DNA from: Oscillospiraceae bacterium
GTDB taxonomy: Bacteria > Bacillota > Clostridia > Oscillospirales > Acutalibacteraceae
Length of the DNA stretch: 64,000 nucleotides
NCBI GenBank assembly: GCA_029012445.1
Contig: JAQXMC010000012.1
Location: 4,293-68,292 of the forward strand
Direction of reading: 5' to 3'
Positions within the stretch are counted from its first letter, which is position 1. Each line of letters begins with the position of its first letter. Made by a program: the position numbers and the translations under genes. Below the pieces are notes generated by a model, which did no database searches, was not told where the DNA came from, and was given only the letters and a program-made list of their open reading frames with translations. Positions 36,722 to 42,743 of the stretch are shown here, piece by piece.

Positions 36722-36759
36722 AAGGCTTTGCGCAATTTTGTGCAAAGCCTTATCTTTTT
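36722..36759 (+). terminator. intrinsic terminator after the metallophosphoesterase gene
   Basis: AAGGCTTTGCGCA/TGCAAAGCCTT stem followed by a T-run. Confidence 0.75.
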
Positions 36760-36827
36760 ATCTGATATGAATTTGCCCGATTTTATTGATTTTTAACAAT
36801 TTTTTATGTTTTTTATCCGGTTTTCTG

Positions 36828-36856
36828 TTGCCATGAAGTGAATAAAGCGTTATAAT
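36828..36856 (+). promoter_or_regulatory. promoter of the LCAT-like gene: TTGCCA-17-TATAAT
   Basis: Read on the plus strand, 35 nt upstream of the ATG. Confidence 0.6.
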
Positions 36857-36891
36857 ATTAAAGATATTTTTAACTGACGGAGGAAAAGGAT

Positions 36892-38472
36892 ATGAAAAGA
36901 TCAATAAAAAAAATCACGTCTGTTTTTCTCGCCGCGCTTCTGATATTCTCAGTCGCCGCTCCCGCAGCCTACGCTTATAACGGCAGCGCAAACAGAGTTC
37001 CGATCATTCTGGTCGGCGGCAGAAACAGAAATATGCCGATATACACGCCCGAGGGCGAAAGGGTGTTCCCCATCGGTGACACTCTCGACAAGAAAAAGAT
37101 CGGCGAAGCGGTGCTTCACTGCATTCCCTATCTCGGCGCCGGCATGATCAGCGGAAACTATAAGCCGTGGGTTGATGAATTTTATGAAGCCATCGCCCCG
37201 TATTATGAAAACATTCTCTGCGACGGCAACGGTGAGATCGCCGAAACAAGCCTTGAAACCACTTATGATTACACCAATCCGCAGAGAACGCCTTCAAATG
37301 AATGTGACTATTCTTTCAGCTATGACTGGAGAATTGACCCCTGCAAGGCGGCGGATTATCTCGACGCCTATATAGACACAATTATGAAAGCTACCGGCAG
37401 CAGCAAGGTCAGCCTCGTCGGCCGCTGCTACGGCGGAACGGTCATTTCTGCTTATCTTTATGAATACGGCTGCTCAAAGATTGACACCGCCGTTTATTAC
37501 ACATCTATATCTCAGGGCACGGGACTTCGCAGCAGCGAGATCTTCGCCGGAAAGTTCATGTTCGACTCAAAGGCTATCGAAGATATGTTCCTTGATCCGG
37601 ATATAGAGAAATATTTTGAAAAGGCGATTGACGATCCCGTCATGAGAGAGCTGATTCTTTCGTTCCTGAGCCTGCTCAACTCAATGGACGCTCTCGACAT
37701 TCCCATGAGCGCCCTGACGCAGTTCATCAACAAGGTCTATCCCGAGCTTGCCCCGAGAATAGTTCCCGCAACCTACGGCACATTCCCCTCAATCTGGAGC
37801 ATGGTCGCCGCCGAGGATTATGAACAGGCGAAGGCTCTCATTTTCAAGGGGCAGGAGGATAAATATGCCGGTCTTATCGAGAAGATCGACCACTATCACT
37901 ATGACATTCAGGCCAATGAAAAAACGATGCTTGCCGATCTTCAGAAGCAGGGACTGAGAATTGCCTTTGTCACAAAGTACAATGTACCGTCCTGCACACC
38001 GTTCACTGTCAGCGCGAGAGTCAACGGAGACAACGCGGTCGAGCTTTTCAGAGCTTCTCTCGGCGCGACTGCCGCAGATTACGGCAAGGTGCTGACAAGC
38101 GAGCAGATCAGCGCCGCCAACCCGAAATATCTTTCTTCGGATCACATTGTTGACGCAACGACCTGCGCATTTCCTGAATACACATGGTTCATCAAGGGCT
38201 GCGATCACTCAACATTCGCCAACAGCATCGACAAGCTCAACGCCGCTATCTGCAACAGCGAAGAGCCGATGACGGTCGACAGCGACCCGAATTATCCGCA
38301 GTTTCTCAAATTTGATCCGGACACCGCAGCTATTTCACCTCTCGCAGATGAGCCTGAAAAAGAAACAGGAAAGAGAAACAGCATCTTCGACATTCTCGGC
38401 AAGCTGTTCGACTTCCTCAAGCCGCTGTTCGAGACGCTCAAAAATTTCTTCAACAAGCTGTTTTCAAAATAA
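36892..38472 (+). CDS. secreted LCAT/lipase-like alpha/beta hydrolase with Cys at the nucleophile elbow and an amphipathic C-terminal tail
   Basis: Signal peptide ending AYAYN. Motifs are VPIILVGG, FSYDWR (LCAT-family hallmark), VSLVGRCYGG in place of GxSxG, NGDNAV and GCDHS. The tail is IFDILGKLFDFLKPLFETLKNFFNKLFSK. Confidence 0.7.
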   Translation: MKRSIKKITSVFLAALLIFSVAAPAAYAYNGSANRVPIILVGGRNRNMPIYTPEGERVFPIGDTLDKKKIGEAVLHCIPYLGAGMISGNYKPWVDEFYEAIAPYYENILCDGNGEIAETSLETTYDYTNPQRTPSNECDYSFSYDWRIDPCKAADYLDAYIDTIMKATGSSKVSLVGRCYGGTVISAYLYEYGCSKIDTAVYYTSISQGTGLRSSEIFAGKFMFDSKAIEDMFLDPDIEKYFEKAIDDPVMRELILSFLSLLNSMDALDIPMSALTQFINKVYPELAPRIVPATYGTFPSIWSMVAAEDYEQAKALIFKGQEDKYAGLIEKIDHYHYDIQANEKTMLADLQKQGLRIAFVTKYNVPSCTPFTVSARVNGDNAVELFRASLGATAADYGKVLTSEQISAANPKYLSSDHIVDATTCAFPEYTWFIKGCDHSTFANSIDKLNAAICNSEEPMTVDSDPNYPQFLKFDPDTAAISPLADEPEKETGKRNSIFDILGKLFDFLKPLFETLKNFFNKLFSK

Positions 38473-38537
38473 GCTGTGAGACTGCCGTGAAAGGATGACC
38501 GGTGGCATTTTCTTCGGTTATCACTTGTCGACAATCT
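38472..38537. repeat. MITE-like repeat, copy 5 (truncated module C, same orientation as copy 4)
   Basis: AGCTGTGAGACTGCCGTGAAAGGATGACCGGTGGCATTTTCTTCGGT matches 31878-31924. It starts at the stop codon of the LCAT-like gene. Confidence 0.75.
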
Positions 38538-38579
38538 GCGGCGGACGGGCTGAAACAATTCAGCCCGTCCGCCGCTTTT
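38538..38579. terminator. strong GC hairpin between convergent genes (T-run on plus strand)
   Basis: GCGGCGGACGGGCTGA/TCAGCCCGTCCGCCGC followed by TTTTATATTTT. Confidence 0.75.
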
Positions 38580-38607
38580 ATATTTTCCGCCGAAGCTCAG
38601 GCGGCTT

Positions 38608-40308
38608 CTATCTTCCGCCGCGCGTCGGCAGAGCGTTTATCATCTCAATAAGATTATCATAGAACTCATGCGTCAGCTCGGCCGATCTGTTCATTCCGAT
38701 GGCAGTTCCGTGATCTCCCACTATCGTCGGCATCACATTCCACACGCCCGGTCTGATCCTGTTTTCGTCAAAGTCGGTGAAAGCATCACCGAAAGGATAT
38801 TTTGCCGAAACGACATTGACGAGTCCGTCGTTTTCCAGCCATGTCTTGTCTATCGGGAAATCCGTCTGCTTGTTGACGCTGTAATTGCCGATAAGAAGTG
38901 CGGTCGCCTTGAGAACAGGCAGTGTTGAGGATATCGGCACCTGCGCGTCGGAGCGGGTTGACTTTTCCGTCGTGCAATAGGAATATGAGAAATAATAGAC
39001 ATTTTTGACAAGCGTTATTCTTTCGTTGAGCTTTTGCGCTCCGTCGGGAGAAAGATCATATATCGCGTTATCGTCGGAGCTGCTGATGACCTTTGCGACA
39101 GCGTTGAGATTGGCGCTGTTCGCCCCGGCGTCTTTCAGACCGAATTGCTCAAGGTGAAAGTCATAGAACTTCTGAAAGCTTGTGTTCTGAGACAGTCCGG
39201 CTATCGAGAAGCAAAGACCGAGGGCATATGAAGTCAACCCGTAATCCTCGGAAATATAATAGAGCGTCGAGCCGTTGTGCGGCGAACAGAGCGTCGTCAC
39301 GCTGTTGACGAGCTTTCCCTTGCCGCCGGTGAAAAGGCCGCTTGTGGTTTCATCAGTCTCTGCCAACTCCTCCGGCGCGCCGTATTCAAGCAGGTGCGTG
39401 AAGAGTCTGACCGTGTTTCCGCCGAAGGAATGACCGACAAGATTGATCTTCACCGTCCTCCCGTTTTCGTCCTCCTCGCCCCATGAGGGAACGAGCGGCT
39501 TTTCATATTTTCTGCCGAAGCGCGAATGGGAGTGCTGCTTTGAGTGGACCTCGCCGTAATCGACCTGAGTCCCCGTCAGCTCGGCGTAAAGCTCGCAGGC
39601 TCTGTCCCAGCAGCTGGAAAACGGACCGACATTCGCTTCATAAACGCTGTTGCCCTGCTTGTTCAGATATTCCGAAAGGCTGCCCGAATCGGCTCCCCAA
39701 TAAGGTGCAACCTCGTTTATCTTTGAGCCTGAGCCCCAGCCGCCCATGCCGTGAACGAGAACATAGGGGTAATCCGTTCCGCCGAAGATCATGGCGGCGA
39801 GTCTGTCATAGCCGCCCGTGAAATAGGGAACGACTGCGGCCGATATGAGCGCCGCGCAGACGACAAGTGATATCACTATCTTCAGGTACGCAGGCAGCGC
39901 TCTTCTGTATTTTCGCTTTTCAGCCGCCGCAGCCTCCTGCGGAATTTCGCTTTGCGCCGCAGCCTGTCCGTCCTCTTTCACAGTCAGAGCGGCGGCCGGC
40001 AGCTCTCCGGTGTCAAATTCGCTCCCGTATTCCGAAACGGGTGCGCCGCTGAAAGAGGAAATATCCTCGAAAGCGTCCTGTTCGTCTTCGGCGCCGTCTG
40101 AAATTATTCCGATGTTATCCTTAACGAGGGTGTCGGTGCTGACTGAAAATATCTCGCTTAGCATCAGCACTTTGTCAAGGTCGGGCATGACATTGCCCGA
40201 CTCCCATTTTGAAACCGACTGCCTTGAAACGCCGAGCCTTTCGGCCAGCTCCTCCTGCGAAAGGCCGTTTTCTCTTCTCAGAATAAATATTTTTTCGCCA
40301 AGTGTCAT
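38608..40308 (-). CDS. XRE-type HTH / single TM / extracellular family-I.5-like triacylglycerol lipase fusion protein
   Basis: HTH GLSQEELAERLGVSRQSVSKWESG; acidic linker; TM IVISLVVCAALISAAVVPYF. The lipase part has YPYVLVHGMGGWG, FSSCWDRACELYAELTG, NLVGHSFGGNT, ENDGLVNVVS and GDHGTAIG. AGGGAGG SD. Confidence 0.85.
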   Translation of the reverse strand: MTLGEKIFILRRENGLSQEELAERLGVSRQSVSKWESGNVMPDLDKVLMLSEIFSVSTDTLVKDNIGIISDGAEDEQDAFEDISSFSGAPVSEYGSEFDTGELPAAALTVKEDGQAAAQSEIPQEAAAAEKRKYRRALPAYLKIVISLVVCAALISAAVVPYFTGGYDRLAAMIFGGTDYPYVLVHGMGGWGSGSKINEVAPYWGADSGSLSEYLNKQGNSVYEANVGPFSSCWDRACELYAELTGTQVDYGEVHSKQHSHSRFGRKYEKPLVPSWGEEDENGRTVKINLVGHSFGGNTVRLFTHLLEYGAPEELAETDETTSGLFTGGKGKLVNSVTTLCSPHNGSTLYYISEDYGLTSYALGLCFSIAGLSQNTSFQKFYDFHLEQFGLKDAGANSANLNAVAKVISSSDDNAIYDLSPDGAQKLNERITLVKNVYYFSYSYCTTEKSTRSDAQVPISSTLPVLKATALLIGNYSVNKQTDFPIDKTWLENDGLVNVVSAKYPFGDAFTDFDENRIRPGVWNVMPTIVGDHGTAIGMNRSAELTHEFYDNLIEMINALPTRGGR

Positions 40309-40413
40309 CTGTCTGCCTCCCTTTGGTCTGATTATATACCTTGAATCCCGAAAAAGCCATAAAGCCGGCTGTATATTTTAAAACAGCGCCGTAAAGCCGG
40401 CTTGACAGCGAAA

Positions 40414-40881
40414 TTAACTGTATCTGACTTTGTTCTCAACGCAGATAATTCCCTTCGCCGTGATGTCTATCACACCGTAGTTCCCGTCGCGCAGGCTCCC
40501 CGGGTTAAAAAGATAAAGTCCGTCGCAATAGTCGGTCTGCGGTGTGTGAGTGTGGCCGAAAACGGCAATTTCGGCGTCATGCTCCCTTGCGGCGCAAACA
40601 AGAAGGCTCAGACCGTATTTCACTCTTTCGGCATAGCCGTGAGTGAGATATATTTTCTTTCCGCCGACCGAAACCGTCTCGCTGGCGCTCAGCTGAGAAG
40701 AAAAATCGCAGTTGCCTCTGACGCGGACAAAGGTTCTGTCCGGATAGAACGGGATCAGATCTTCAATATCGTCCGCCCCGTCGCCGAGGTGAAAAACATA
40801 TTTTGCCTCCGGCTGCTGTTCGATGGCGAGAGAAGCGCTGAAGCGGTCGCCGTGACTATCCGACATAACGAGTATTCTCAT
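40414..40881 (-). CDS. YfcE/MJ0936-family metallophosphoesterase
   Basis: 155 aa containing MRILVMSDSHGD, HLGDG, GNCD and FGHTH. Confidence 0.85.
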   Translation of the reverse strand: MRILVMSDSHGDRFSASLAIEQQPEAKYVFHLGDGADDIEDLIPFYPDRTFVRVRGNCDFSSQLSASETVSVGGKKIYLTHGYAERVKYGLSLLVCAAREHDAEIAVFGHTHTPQTDYCDGLYLFNPGSLRDGNYGVIDITAKGIICVENKVRYS

Positions 40882-40990
40882 TCATATTTCTCCCTTAAAA
40901 TGAATATTATATCTTGATCCGCCTGAACCTGCGCAAAGGCCGGCACCGGACGGATACCCTCCGGTATATCAATTATATCATCAGAAAGAA

Positions 40991-41215
40991 GTGATTTCAA
41001 TGGATAACGGCACGCTTAACGAACTTATGAAAAAAATAAAGAACAAGGAGTCCTCCTCACCTCATGAGGTCGACGATTTTATCAACAAAAATCTGACGCC
41101 GTCGCAGGCGGCGACGGTCAACAAAATATTGCAGGATCCTCAGATGATAAGCCGTCTGCTCTCAAGCGAACAGGCAAAGCAGCTTCTCGGCAGGCTTGCG
41201 GATAAGGAGGAATAG
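40991..41215 (+). CDS. hypothetical small protein (helical; start uncertain, ATG at 41000 also possible)
   Basis: 74-aa ORF. It is the first of three tightly packed small ORFs. Confidence 0.5.
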   Translation: MISMDNGTLNELMKKIKNKESSSPHEVDDFINKNLTPSQAATVNKILQDPQMISRLLSSEQAKQLLGRLADKEE

Positions 41216-41217
41216 GC

Positions 41218-41574
41218 TTGGATTTCAGCGATATTCTTTCCTCGCTCAGCGCCGAGGACATGAAAAATCTGCAGAATATAGCCGCGTCGCTGGCAGGCTC
41301 GGCGCAGCCCGACGCAGGAAACGCCGCAAAGCAGCCACCGCCGCCGGCGTCGGGAGGAATCGACCCGAAGACCGTCAGCAATATAGCGAGCGTGATGTCG
41401 AAGCTGAACGGAGCCGGCAGTGATCCCCGCTGTCAGCTTATATCCGCTCTCAAGCCAATGCTTTCACCCGAAAGACGGCAAAGAGCCGACGAAGCCATCA
41501 GAATATTGAAGCTCATTGATCTTATCCCCGTTCTGAAGGACTCGGGGCTGCTGAAAGGAGTGATCGGTCTGTGA
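41218..41574 (+). CDS. hypothetical small protein
   Basis: TTG start 7 nt after AAGGAGG and 2 nt after the upstream stop. 118 aa with a low-complexity middle and a conserved-looking C-terminus LKPMLSPERRQRADEAIRILKLIDLIP. Confidence 0.55.
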   Translation: MDFSDILSSLSAEDMKNLQNIAASLAGSAQPDAGNAAKQPPPPASGGIDPKTVSNIASVMSKLNGAGSDPRCQLISALKPMLSPERRQRADEAIRILKLIDLIPVLKDSGLLKGVIGL

Positions 41575-41915
41575 CGGAGTATTCCTACAACGACCTTATG
41601 CAGATGCAGGAGCAGGCTATCCGCCGCGTCAGAGAAATGCAGGAGAGAGCGAGAATGACCGTCAGGGAAAATCCTATCCCCGAGCTTGACGGGCCGAAGC
41701 CCGAAGAAAAGCCGCCCGAAAAGCCTAAGCCGGAGCGTACCTCACAAAAGCGCGAAGAAAAACCGGAGCCGCCCGAAAAGCCCCGCCCGAAAAAGCAGGA
41801 CAAGGTTTTCCCTCACGACAGCGACAAGGCTATCCTTTTGCCGCTGATATTGCTTCTCAGCGAAGAGAACGCCGACAAAATGCTCATATTCGCCCTGTTA
41901 TATATTCTTGCGTGA
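41571..41915 (+). CDS. hypothetical small protein with P/E/K-rich linker and hydrophobic C-terminus
   Basis: GTG start overlaps the upstream TGA (GTGA). 114 aa. Confidence 0.5.
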   Translation: MTEYSYNDLMQMQEQAIRRVREMQERARMTVRENPIPELDGPKPEEKPPEKPKPERTSQKREEKPEPPEKPRPKKQDKVFPHDSDKAILLPLILLLSEENADKMLIFALLYILA

Positions 41916-41979
41916 TTGACAGTCAGAGAAAATTGTATTATTATATTCGTGTCAAATCAAGGAATCGAGGTAAAAGCAT

Positions 41980-42240
41980 ATGTTCGTTTATAAACCCAAG
42001 GGTGTTTGCTCAAGAGAAATCAGAATAGAGCTCGACGGCGACACGATTAAAAAGGTCGAATTCGAGGGCGGCTGCAACGGCAACACTAAAGGCATTGCCG
42101 GTCTCGTTGAGGGAATGAAGATAGACGATGTCATCGGCCGTCTCGAAGGCATAAGGTGCGGCTTCAGAAGCACTTCCTGCCCCGACCAGCTTTCAAAGGC
42201 CCTGACCGCCGCCCGCCGGGCGCAGTCTAATGACGAATAA
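41980..42240 (+). CDS. TSCPD-domain protein (TIGR03905-like)
   Basis: 86 aa containing GGCNGNTKGIAGLVEGM and RSTSCPDQLSKAL. Confidence 0.8.
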   Translation: MFVYKPKGVCSREIRIELDGDTIKKVEFEGGCNGNTKGIAGLVEGMKIDDVIGRLEGIRCGFRSTSCPDQLSKALTAARRAQSNDE

Positions 42241-42267
42241 CCTCAGACAGGGCGCAGCGAATAAAAT

Positions 42268-42302
42268 AACGGAGATCCGTTTTCGGACCTCCGTTTGTTT
42301 TA
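42268..42302. terminator. bidirectional terminator between TSCPD gene and tagD
   Basis: AACGGAGATCCG/CGGACCTCCGTT stem, T-run on plus and A-run before it. Confidence 0.65.
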
Positions 42303-42320
42303 TGCCTGACAAAACCGGCG

Positions 42321-42743
42321 TTATATGTCTTTGTTCTTTATTTTCTCCCTGAGCATAGTTGATGAAACCTTCTTGGTGTAGGGGAAGTAGACGATATCAA
42401 CGCCCTTTTTCTTGAATTCCTCCTCAAGCTTGTTCCACTTTTCGGTGCCTTTCCAGTCGTCGCCGACGAACATGACATCGAAGTGATATTTTTCCCACGC
42501 GGCCATTTTATCCATGCTGACCTGAGGAACGGCCTTGTCGACATATCTGATTGCCTCGACTATCTGGATCCTGTCCTCAAACGGAATGACCGCCGTTTTG
42601 TGTTTATATGAGGTCAGCTCGTCGACCGTGACGGCGACTATCAGATATTCGCACTGTTCCTTTGCTCTTTTGAGAAGATTGAGATGACCGACATGGAAAA
42701 GGTCATAAACGCCGGCCGTGTAACCTATCTTATATTTTTTCAT
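42321..42743 (-). CDS. tagD: glycerol-3-phosphate cytidylyltransferase
   Basis: 140 aa containing GYTAGVYDLFHVGHLNLLKRAKE (HxGH). It overlaps the upstream gene by 14 nt. Confidence 0.85.
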   Translation of the reverse strand: MKKYKIGYTAGVYDLFHVGHLNLLKRAKEQCEYLIVAVTVDELTSYKHKTAVIPFEDRIQIVEAIRYVDKAVPQVSMDKMAAWEKYHFDVMFVGDDWKGTEKWNKLEEEFKKKGVDIVYFPYTKKVSSTMLREKIKNKDI

